From the human T2T-CHM13v2.0 reference genome, Homo sapiens, in NCBI RefSeq assembly GCF_009914755.1, contig NC_060941.1: a DNA stretch of 64,000 nt. The stretch is one strand, 5' to 3'. Positions within the stretch are counted from its first letter, which is position 1; every line of letters starts with the position of its first letter. Under the pieces are notes generated by a model, which worked only from the letters and a program-made list of their open reading frames with translations, was not told where the DNA came from and did not search any database. A program made the translations under genes and the position numbers. This document shows, piece after piece, positions 39,101 through 50,632 of this stretch.

Positions 39101-39787
39101 AAAGCAGCGCTGTGCTCCCCATCCCAGAGAAGCCTGATGAAGCCAAAGATAACCGGAGGGACCTCTTTTTATGGGCTTCAAAGATCGGAAAGCCAGAGAT
39201 CACCCCAGGGCAAGGTAGCCCACAGCAGCCGCCTACCCGGTGCTTTTTCTCAGCTCAGATGTATCCAGATAAAAGTGCCCAGCGGTGCACCCCCACACAC
39301 CTCCGACAAATGAATGTCATAAAGTTTCTTTCCGGAGGATGGGGGGATAGTTGTCTGAAGATATCCAGCAGTGAAGTGGCCCCCACCAATGGCCCCTTCT
39401 TTCAGCAATATACACCCCTCCTTCCTGGTCCCTAAATTTCCGCTGGCACTGAGGGAGCATGGATCCCCCACACAAACCCTTTTCCCCACAAAGTCAGACA
39501 CTCCTGTTGGTAAAAATCAGGCACCCCCGACTGATGAGGCCTTAAGAAACTGAGAGCACTCATTTCAGGCACCCAGTCCCTTAGAACTGGGTGCATAAAA
39601 CAGGCTAAATTTCCCCTACATCACCCCACAGCCCCAGGTGGAAACAAGTTTTCTTCCCCCAGTCCCAGGCCCCAGAATTGCAAGGGGTAAAAGCGAAAGC
39701 TGAAAGCGACTTACTGCGGGAATGCTGGCCTGGGCCGCCGCTGCCTTCTGGGCTGGTCCGGCTGCTCCAGGCTGGGAGAGTGCTCAC

Positions 39788-40179
39788 CTACCTCTGCCCC
39801 CTTCCCCACCACAGCGAGCAGTTAAAGTGTCACTTAACATTCTGGAGAATGTGAAATATACTGCGCGGTGTCAACTCCCCAAAACCATAAAACTAACTTT
39901 ATGGACCTCACGTGACTTTCTCGAGCCAGTGAGGGGTATCTGTCTGACTTCTCGGCGATTTTTACGATCTAACTTCGAGATAAAACCCCTATCCATTTGA
40001 CATCTAAATGTCATAGCGACTTTTGGGATAGTTTGCTATCGACAAAGGGAGACAAAGTCAAGGGGTGAAGGGAAAGGAGGGCCAAGTAGAGCCTCCACGA
40101 CCCTCGGCTTCCTCCTCACCAGCTCCCCCTCCCTCCAAGTCCAGTAAGAAGTTGGGCCAAGCTGGAAGGGATTGACCGG
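39788..40179. promoter_or_regulatory. Bidirectional promoter/enhancer 3' of HOXB5 with divergent first exons (minus donor at 39788; plus donor at 40179, probable HOXB-AS3 exon 1)
   Basis: TAG|gtgagc (minus) and CGG|gtaagt (plus) flank inverted Cdx/Hox sites CCATAAAA..TTTATGG (39885-39904) and an E-box (39909-39914). Confidence 0.6.
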
Positions 40180-40862
40180 GTAAGTGTCCAGACTTGACTC
40201 TTGTGCTCAGGGTGGAGGCTGACTTGGATGGAGGTAGACTGGGCCCTAGCCCTGGGCCAGGCTGAAAGGGAACCAGGGGTCTTTCTGAAAGGACCCTAAC
40301 TCCTAATCAAGAGGGAAGATCAGTTGGGCCCTTGGAGAGAAGGAGCCCTTGATAAGGGTAGGGAAGGCTGAGGGTGAGAGAAATCCTTTGAAATCCAGCT
40401 GAATTTTTTTTTTTTTTTTTTTTGCTTTAGTTGGTGGCAGAGCTGAATTGGGACTTGGAGTAGGAGACAGGGGGCTGGGCAGGCCTCTACCACTCCCAAA
40501 AGGCCAGGAGCCTCCTGCTGAGGACTTAGGCCCAAATTACTTTCCCAGAAGAGTTTTCCAGAGGCTTCCTTGGCCAGCTAGTGGAAGACCAGGATGAAGT
40601 CTAGCTCAGCCTTTCCTCTGCCCCAGCCCCACATGGGGTTTCTGGGCCTTGGAGTCCCCCAGGCATGAAGGTCTGTTCCCTGGCCCAAGCACTGTTGACC
40701 AAGCCAGTGACTTACATGGCTGAGAAGAGTTGTTGGGGAGCAGCCTACTTTTTCTTCCCTGCACCCCAGATCTATTGAGAATGGTGCAGGGTGTGCCCGG
40801 GATGGGAGAGGCAGACCCCTCGGAGAAAAGACAAGTGGAAGGGCAATGGAGTGGGGGAAACA

Positions 40863-40868
40863 TTTATT
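40863..40868 (-). terminator. HOXB5: HOXB5 polyadenylation signal
   Basis: AATAAA on minus strand, about 930 nt after the stop. Confidence 0.65.
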
Positions 40869-41798
40869 TGACTTCCAGGAAAGCTACAAACAAATACCAA
40901 AAGCGAATCACTGAGACAGGCCCCGCAAAGACAGATTTCACACGTAGCACAGCATCCACTCGCTCACTACAAATGGTCTTGGAAGCAAGATGGGTAAGGG
41001 AGAGATGGGTCTGACCCAGACTATCCCCATATTTACAAGCTTTGGGCCCTCTAGCCAGACCCATGGATTCACAGAGAAATACACAAGACATTTTGCACTG
41101 AGGATCATTTTTGTTTCCGTATACTCCCAGACCAGGCCTTGTGGGGCCTACCCAGGCAGCAGGAACTTAAATCTCACTATCTTCTTTCTCTCTTCTCAAT
41201 ACCATCCCTTTGGTCCTCCCTAGCCCCTTCCCACCCTAGGACCAAGCCCCTAGGAGACTTGGGCCTAGGGAGTGAGGAGGGAGGAGGAGGAGAATGAAAA
41301 GGGACTCCATCTCCGAAGCCAGCTCAGCTTGACCCCACTGCGGCACTACCCCACCTCAACTGCTGCCCCTTACAGAAGTTTCCAGCTGAAACTCAAAATA
41401 CAGCGATCATCTTTTTATAAATAAGTTAGAACACAGATGGGGAGGGGAGAGTTCACATTAAACATGCGAATTTCTTTTTTTTTTTTTCCTGGGGGAAAGA
41501 CTGCAACCACAGACACAAACATTCAGAAACACTGGCGGATTTGGGACAAGCAGAAGGGAGTTGGGAGCATGGAAGGAAAATAATAATAATTATTATTATT
41601 AACAATAATAACAAGATAACCAGTCCAGGAGAGAGGGAGCCACAGGAAGACCTAAGATCAAACGAAATATCGTAACACAAGGCGAGGCAGGCTTGTGGGA
41701 ACCGGTCCCCAGCGGGCGGCGGCAGAGCGGGGAGGATTGGAGGGGCCAGGGCTGGGGGTGGCACGGGCTCTTGGGCCGCTGGGCTCCTCTGGGCGGGC

Positions 41799-42218
<420 letters not shown>

Positions 42219-42710
42219 CTACTGCATCCCCCACTTCTGCAGGCAGCCAGTGCGCCCGGCTTTGTCTCTTGCTCGCTCCTAGTGCCTCACCCTTGGCTGG
42301 GCTCAGGCGGCCGCTCGCCCCGGGAGGGAGGAGAGCGGTTGCACTTTTGCCCCGGAAAGCTCCTTTTACTGTTCACCCCTTCTTTGCTAGCGACAGTCTC
42401 AAAATTTCAGGGGTAAGCAGGACCCTTCCCCACATTATATGAACCCCATCCTTTATCCTAAAGCTGGTTCAGCTGCGCTAATAAAAACCTAAGCCGAAGC
42501 TGGAAACAAATTATTAAAAATACCCCCCTCTTAACAGAGAGACCCTTTTTGGCTCTGTCTACGAAGCTATGAGGCCCCTCTTAGATACTTCTCCCCCTTA
42601 GAAAAATGAATCTATATTTAGGGTAAAGCCAAGCTCTCCTTGTCCCCCCCATCCCACCCCAAAACGCAGAGAAGGAAAGCCGAGAAGACAAAAAAGAGAG
42701 AGAGAATTAC

Positions 42711-43272
42711 CATGGCTGATGTGAAGCTTCCTCATCCAGGGGAATATCTGCGGAGTCTGCCCCTCGGGCGCGGCTGTGGAGGTGGCCATGGGCTCTGGCT
42801 GCGCCCGAGCTAGGCTGGGGCTGCTTAGCTGGCTTGCCGCTTCCTCAGGCTCCGAGGACGCGCTGGCCTCGTCTATTTCGGTGAAATTGGCGCTGGAGCT
42901 GGCTGAGGTCGCCTGGTCGGAGGGGGACGAAGCAGAGGGCTTGGCGCCGTGGCTGTCGCCGTTGGTGCAGGGCAGGGACTCGGGCGAGGACAGGGAGCAG
43001 CTCGAAGCCGCTTGCCTGAAGCGGGGCTCCTGGGCGGGCGCGGGGAAGGCGCGCGAGCTCTCGCCCACCGCCCCAAAGTGGCTGGAGGAGGCCGAGGAGC
43101 GGTTGACGCTGAGGTCCATCCCATTGTAATTGTAGCCGTAAGAGCCGGTGTGCATGGCAGCGGGATCCCTGTAAGAGCCGCTCAGAGAGCTGCCACTGCC
43201 ATAATTTAGCAACTGATAGTCCGGGCCATTTGGATAACGCCCCGAGAAGGAGTTTACAAAGTACGAGCTCAT
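42711..43272 (-). CDS. HOXB5: HOXB5 exon 1 (562 nt)
   Basis: [21 protein letters not shown]...[13 protein letters not shown]; donor CATG|gtaatt. Confidence 0.99.
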
Positions 43273-44753
43273 TTGGGTGATTTTGGAGGGCTTGATTTGT
43301 GGATCGTGGTCGTTATAACCCTGTGCTTCACGATTTATGATGTATTAATGAATTATAGCGATGCACTGTACTTCGTTTTGCTATGTATGCGGCCAAATAT
43401 GGGGGGGGGGGTTGGAAGGGGGGTGGGGGGGCGTTAGGGAATCACGTGCTTTTGTTGACCAGTCGTAAATTCTCGCTGATGACCTCAAGAGGTAATTCAT
43501 GCTCTATGGTTACAAATAATGACGATCCGAGAATCGTTAGGGCCGATTCAATGCGAGCCTCCGAGAGAGGGGGAAAAAAGGAGAAGGGGGAGAAACAGAG
43601 AGAAGGTTGGCTTTGGCCTCTGAGCAGAGCGCGCCACCTCCCGGCGACCGACGGGAGCGCGGGCGTGAGACCGCCATGGCGGCGGGCGGCTGCCTCCCTG
43701 CTGGCTCCCTGCAGGCTCCCTGCAGTCGCCGGGAGAGAAAGAAACCCGGCCAAGGCTCAGCCACAGGGTTGAGCCTTTTAGAGCAGGGGTTGGGCTTTTT
43801 ACCCACTTTCTTGTGGGTGGGGTTAGCCTCTCTATTTGGTTCTTTCTCCCTACATCATCATTGTCGTTATTATTTTAACTTTGGATGAGAAGATCAAAGA
43901 TAGAGTTGCTTTTCCCTTTCTTGGGCTTTGCAAGTCTCCGAATTGGAGGCGGAAATGGGGGAAGGGTTGGAAGTTGTGTGTGAAAAACAATTATTGCAAC
44001 GGGTTTTCCCCAGGAGCTTAGTCCGGCCTGCATCCTGGTGGAACTGCTGTTACCGGTCCACAGCGCCCAGGCCGAGCCGGCAGGGCTGGGCGGGAGGCTT
44101 GAAAAAGAAGGAGAAGCGTTCACTTCTCCTGGGCCACTTGGAAGTTCGAAATCCCCTTCCGGACCTCCTTGGTGGTCCTTAGCCCAGGCGTGGGGAGTGA
44201 CAGAGCAGGACAGGGACCCCAGAAACCGAGCACAGCTGGGGCTAAGCGGCCTAGTTGCCGAAAAGACTGCAGCGGCCACCGCGTCTGCTGCTTAGTTTGA
44301 GTAGTAACATGTGTCTGAGAGTTTGTAAAGCGGGATCCCTTCCCCTCCTCCTCGGCTATTGCATTCGGAGGCCCCACTACAGGCCCCTCACTCGCAGCTA
44401 GGCAGTTTGAGAATTTGCCTGGTGGCAGCCGCCTTCCCGGAAAAGGGGTTCCAAGGACCCGCATGCTTTGCTGAGCACGCTGGGCGGCCAGAGACCGCCG
44501 CAGCTGGTCTCCTATTAGGAGGGGACTATTTTCTTTAAAAATAAGAAAGGAAGCGAGAGGGCGGAGGAATAAAGGAAAACAGTGACCGCAGCTTGCCTTC
44601 TGGGTGCCGGTGCAAGCAGAGAGAGAATGAGCCATTCTGGGTTGAGAGGATGACACTAAAAGCCCCATCACCTGGCCTCCTGCCCTGGGGTCTCCAAGGA
44701 GCAAGGGAAAGTTGTGGCCTTCGGCCTGTGCCTGGCTGGTGGCTTTACATTCC

Positions 44754-44800
44754 CCTACTTGAGGCTGATCTCCTACTTGAGGCTGATCTGCTACTTGAGG
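44754..44800. repeat. 18-bp tandem repeat, 2.6 copies (cctacttgaggctgatct)
   Basis: Directly visible. Confidence 0.85.
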
Positions 44801-45357
44801 TGGGAAGGGGCACCTGGAGCCTTCAGCTGCAGGGTGAGAGATACCCAGTGGCCCCATTTTTCAGTCTCCAGAGCCACAGGCCAGGAGCGGAGGGCCAAGG
44901 CTGGCGAAAAAACCTGGCCATGTGGACGGGCCAAAGACCAGGGGTCGCTGCGAAGGTGAGGACAGAAAAGCGCTGCAGAGGCCCCCAGACTATGGCTCCG
45001 TCTCCGCCAGAGAGCTTTAGGGGCCTCAGTGGCTCCCTTAGTGCTGTGTATACACGAGGAAAGGCTAGAGAATGAGAGGGACACAGCACCTCTCCATCCC
45101 CCAAGTCTGCACGGGGAGAAGCGGCTGTGAGCCTCAGCACCAGGGAAACGCAGCGCTGGGGCCTGGGCAGGACTGATCGCTCCAGCCTTTATCTCAGCTG
45201 TAACTTCCCAGTCGAACAGGGCTCGCTTCGGCGGGCCAGGGCTCTCGCCTTTGCTGAAGAATTCTGGCTCAGGAAAGATGGAGAGGCTGGGGGTTGAGGA
45301 GAGAGGAAAAAATGGCAGGGGAGGATTGGAGGTGACCGAGCGTCGAGTTTTCACATC

Positions 45358-45423
45358 TTTATTATTGTTGTTGTTGTTGTTATTATTATTATTATTATCA
45401 TCATCATCATCATCATCATCATC
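45358..45423 (-). repeat. Compound trinucleotide repeat (GAT)n(AAT)n(AAC)n ending in the HOXB6 polyadenylation signal (45358-45363)
   Basis: Plus strand tttattattgttg...ttattatt...atcatcatc. Confidence 0.9.
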
Positions 45424-46004
45424 GAAGTATTTCACGTCCAGAGCTAAGACAAGACTACAAACACAACACATAGAAAATTAATAAAATAGAACTTTGTTTT
45501 CTTCTGAGGCTCCTCTTCTTACTTCTAGGTAGTATGTGCTCCTTCCAGTGGCTTTGGGGAGGGGGTGGGAGAGACGACAGGTCTGGGATCAGGGAGTCTT
45601 CAAGGCCCCCGCTGAGGGGACAGCGAATCTACCATTGAACCGTGCACGGGGGACATGGACAAAATGAGACGCGACAGGGACAAGAGCATTTTGCTCTGCT
45701 TCCAGGAAACATCAAGTGAGTCCGCTCCTCAGTTCTCACCAGGAAGCCTGATCAGGCTGAGGCGAGTTCCTCGGGAAGGAAGGGCGCGCGGGATGCTGGG
45801 TGGGCTCGAGTAGTGAGGCCTCAGAGCACCCGCCGGGAGCTGTGCGGGCGGGGGCGTCCAGGAGAGCGCTGGGCCCCGCCTGTCTGCGCCGGAGAGCAGG
45901 TCTCCTGGCTCCCCCACCCGAGAGCCTTCCTTCCCGGGTCTCTCTGACGCCCGTGGCTCCCCACAGGCCTTTCCCCTCGCGTCCTCCCTCCCTTTCCAGC
46001 ACCT

Positions 46005-46298
<294 letters not shown>

Positions 46299-47327
46299 TC
46301 ACCGGGCCCAGGACCCCCTCCCCTAGTCGACCCTCGAACACAGACTCCAGCCAGTACCGGGATGCCCTCTATTCTGCCGGCTCCCTTCCCCCGTTTCGCA
46401 CTCCTCCAGCGCCCCCTCCAGATTCCCTCCTAGTCTCCTAGGCCTGTGCCGTCTGTCTAGACTCTAGATGGGGGAGGGGAGGAGCAGTTTGAACTCCCAC
46501 CTGAGCCTGGGGGGAGGGGCTGGTCAGGTGTGTCTCTTCCTAGTTGCATCTTGTCTTTCCCTCCCTTTCCATCCATCTTGTTCCCACCCCCCGTCATCCC
46601 CCCAACCCAATGATAAATCCAGGCCGTTAATCCGTAATGACGTAGATCGATCCATAGTCCACATTAACGGCTCCTCACTTTCGAGTCCGGCTAATGGACA
46701 TCAGTTGGGACTTAAGGCCAACAAATAATCCAACCTGAGACCCCGCGCCTGTTTCTCCCTCTCTCGCTCCGCCTGCTCCCTCTCTCTTCCTTCCCCTTAT
46801 TCCTCCTCCCTCCTCTGACTACCACCCCTTTCCTGGTGCCTCATCTTGCCCCAGCTCCCCACCCACAGGGAAACACAGTCCCAGACAGACTCAACTCTTC
46901 CTCTTCAGCGTCACCCCCTACCCCCTTGCATGACGCACTCCGTTTTTAATGGAGCCGTCTTTGGTTGGGGAACCCTACCAGGGCTGGGAGAGGGGGGTTG
47001 GGGGCTCAAAGTAAAGCCAAGCCAGTGACTGCAGGCTCCTGCTCCCTTCCCTGTCCTGGAACCCCGGCTCTGGCCAGGCGCCCCAGGAGAGCACACTTGC
47101 TCCCCATGGCTCCCAGTGCGGCTGGGACTTTGCAAACTTTGTAACTCCTGCCTAATAGGGGACACAGCGAGAGACCCCCGGCCGGCGCCCAATCTTCTTC
47201 TATCTCCTAACTGAGATGCCCACCCAGCACCCTGTGGGAGATTGGGGCAGGGGGCGCTCACTAGTTCTGTGTCCCGGGGTGGGCGCCCAGGGGAGCCGGG
47301 GCGACGGCGACGGGAAGTCTCACTCAC

Positions 47328-47742
47328 TGTTGCACGAATTCATCCGCTGCATCCACGGGTAGACCGGAGTGGAGCACTTCTGCTCTTCTGTCTCGCCGAA
47401 CACGCTCTTGTCCTGCGCGCAGTCCGACTTCCGCGGCTCGGGGTGGAACGGGGGCTGCTCGTCGGCGCCGGAGAGTGCGCAGGCCGACTCTTTCTCGCGG
47501 TAGAAGGCCGGCGCCGGCCCGTAGTCGCAGGGCGCCGCTCGGCCGTAGCCACCGCCCGCCGGCGGGTAATAGGAGGAAGTGGCAAAGCCCTTGTCCTGGC
47601 CCGGCCCTGGCCCGTAGGGCGCGGGGTAATGTCTCAGCGGGTCCGCATAGCCCGACGAATAGAGCGGTAGCTGGCCCAGGAAGGACTCCTGCCCGCTGGC
47701 CAGAGTGACGGGGAAGGTGGAGTTCACGAAATAGGAACTCAT
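47328..47742 (-). CDS. HOXB6: HOXB6 coding exon 1 (415 nt)
   Basis: [14 protein letters not shown]...PVYPWMQRMNSCN; donor AACA|gtgagt. Confidence 0.99.
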
Positions 47743-50579
47743 TGGGAGGGGAGGCGCGCGCGGCCGCTGCTGCTCCGCCGGGTTTATGATTTGTTGTGTT
47801 TTATAGTCCGAGCGCCGCGCCTATTAGTAGTATATCCGAGATTGGGTTTTAGCTGAGGGGGGATGGCGAGGTGCCAGTGAGGGCCAGAAGGAAATACAAC
47901 CATCTGATCCAACACTGACCAATGGCAGAGGCAGGAATTGTCAAATAGCACCCAGGAGGAGCGCAGCCCGCACGAGGGACCCGCGCACAAACCTATCAAC
48001 CTTTTTTTTTTCCTCCTTCTCCTTCGCCTTTCTCCTCTCTCTCCCCAACAACACAACGCGTCCTGTTCCACCTACGTAGGATCTGTGAAACAGGCTCAGT
48101 GCCTTTGAGGGAGGAGGGAACGTTTAGATTGAGACCACCCCACTCCCGGGTGATTAAATAAATATGTCTCTCCCCCACCCCACGCAGGATTGGAAAAAGT
48201 TAATTGTGTTTTCAGAAAAGTTAACCCCTGCGTTGCTTCGACCCCTTCTCTCCAGGGAGGGTTGGGTAAATGTCTCCGAATCGCCTTGAGAGAGAACTAA
48301 AGAAGGTTTGTTTCTAGGGTTTTGTGTCGGTAGAAGGTGAGAAGAGTTCTCCGCTAAGATAAGCAAAGAAGAAACACCCTCCTCCCCAGGTTTTGAACAT
48401 CGTTTTTCCTGTTTATCAGATCTGCTCTGTCTCCTCCAAGCCTCGGCTTATTGTTCCTGCTTCTCCACAACCCTTCTGGTCTGAGGGGGCAGGCCAGATC
48501 CCACTGCCTAGAAGACCCAGAAGAGGAGGAGCTGGCAGGAGGGACTGAGCCCAAGCTTCCCCTTCTGACTCTGTGGCTAGACTAGGAGCTTCTTGGAAGG
48601 CGGCGACGAGGGTGGCTGCCCAAAACATTCTGCCTGGTTCTAGTATGCAGCTGCTCACCCTTGGCAGGGGAAGGGGCACTGGGGAAAGAGACTAGCCCTC
48701 TCCTCACTTGGTGATATGGAGTGAAGGAGTGAGGGGTATCCCTCAGCCTAGGTGGCTTTATTTGTCTGATCCCTATCCTGCCTGCAACCCTCACTCCAGT
48801 ACCCTCTACAATCCCAAAAGACTTAAGAATAGCCTGGGCTATAGGATTTTCAGGAATCAGGGATGTCCCAGTAAATCTGGGCACAAGGAAGAAATCATTC
48901 TTCTTCCAGTTGTGGGCTTTGAACCCTCCTGATAGTTGAGGCAGTCAGAGACCACTGGGAAGAAATGCATCCTCACTCCTCTTCTAAGTCTCTGTAGGAG
49001 CTGCCAGTTCTTTTTAAAATTAATTCTTTCCCAAGACTTGGTTTTTGCTTTAGTTTGATAGGGAGAGAAGGTCGTTTGCGTTCTCTTGGGGACTCAGCAG
49101 GCTGCTTCCAGCCATCAGCCAGCATCCCCTCTCCCTTCTGTCTGTATCTCAGCATCGCTACAATTCCCTCCCACACCCCGTGTTTGTATCATCAGCTTTG
49201 CCGCCTTACAAATTTAGGTGTGTCAGAGAATGTATGTCTCTGGCTCTTTCATCCAAGGAAAATAAGCATTGAGCCCAGGCTGGGAGACAGGGCCACAGTG
49301 CATTCCCAACATTCTAATATACATACACAGGCCAAGTAGTGAAGGGTGACAACCTTCACACCTGGGGACAAGAAGGGGCCAGGGCATGGAACAAAGTCAG
49401 ATGTCAGGCCAGGCTGACCCTCCTCTGCCTTGTCCTTCCTTTGGGCTCCTTTTTCTGGCCAAGTTCTGCCCACTGAAGATGGTACAAGACACTAGGGAAG
49501 GTGGCAGGGGACTGAGCTTGGATCACCAAGGGTGGGAACTTATTTGGTTGCAACGTGGTCTCCAAGGCTCTCTAAACTCAGGGCAACTTCTTGGCTGTAC
49601 CTTAATGGCAAAATAGCCATCCCTAGATGGCCTCCAATTACTTCCTAACCTGACTCTGTGGGAGTGTTTGATAAGCATTTAAGAAAACAAATTTAAACCC
49701 CCTGATAATGAAGAAGGATAAATATTCCATATCTAGGTATGGCTGGGCTTGCTTCTAGAGAGGACTAGGGGCCATTTGAACAGGGGGAGAAAAGTGGGAG
49801 AGAGTACCTGCATGCACCTCCCTGCCTACTGCTGAGGCTGAGCCCTGGGCCTCAGCCTTCCCTGCCTCCTCCCTGCCCACAATGTCTCCATCCTAGCACT
49901 AAATAGTGTGGTTTTCTCAGTGAAGTCTGAACAAAATAAGATCTGGTGAGGAAGGGAGCATTTCCCTGTGTCAGAAGCAGGGAAATAATTGCCTTATCTT
50001 TAGAGTCACAGCCCCCAAATTAACCTCACCTCTGCAGGTTGCTTGTCTGGAGATGGAGCCACTACAGGCGGGCCTGGGCGCCTGGAGTCGGGCATGAAAG
50101 AAAATAGCGCCTCATCGCTCTTATCTAAGCCCAGAGGTATTTATGAGCGTTTATTCGTCTGATCCGTTTGTTTGGGAAAAAGAGCAGGCGGGCAGGGCAG
50201 GCCAGAGACCGACTCCTTTCTGGAGCCAGATCCCTACGAATCTGTCTGTGGTTCGGTCCACCGCCCTCTGTCTGTCTCCTTGGGGGAATATGTAAATACA
50301 CAGCGGGCTCAGCCATCCGCCAGTCTGGGGTGTCTCTCCCTGCCTCAATGAGGAAGTGTGTGTTCAGAGAGATGGATAGAAGTGTGTACCAATTCTTGAG
50401 TACATAACAGAGGGATTGTACAGATACCCCACAGGCAGGATTTATAATTGTAATTTTCTATGCTGTGAGTCTGCAGTCCTGTGGGCAAGCTAACACATTC
50501 CAGCTCCCAGGAAAATGTTTCCTAAGTTGTGTTCAGTTCGGGAGTAAAATTCTTGATAGGTAACCTCAGGAGGGATATT

Positions 50580-50582
<3 letters not shown>

Positions 50583-50614
<32 letters not shown>

Positions 50615-50632
50615 TGTGGTGTGGTGTGTGTG
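50583..50632. repeat. (TG)n microsatellite with (GTGTG)n tail
   Basis: Directly visible. Confidence 0.9.

Noticed and set aside
44754-44800. Short tandem repeats as CRISPR-like arrays (also 7299-7362)
   Set aside because: No spacers, two to three copies only, mammalian genome; ordinary minisatellite-type duplications
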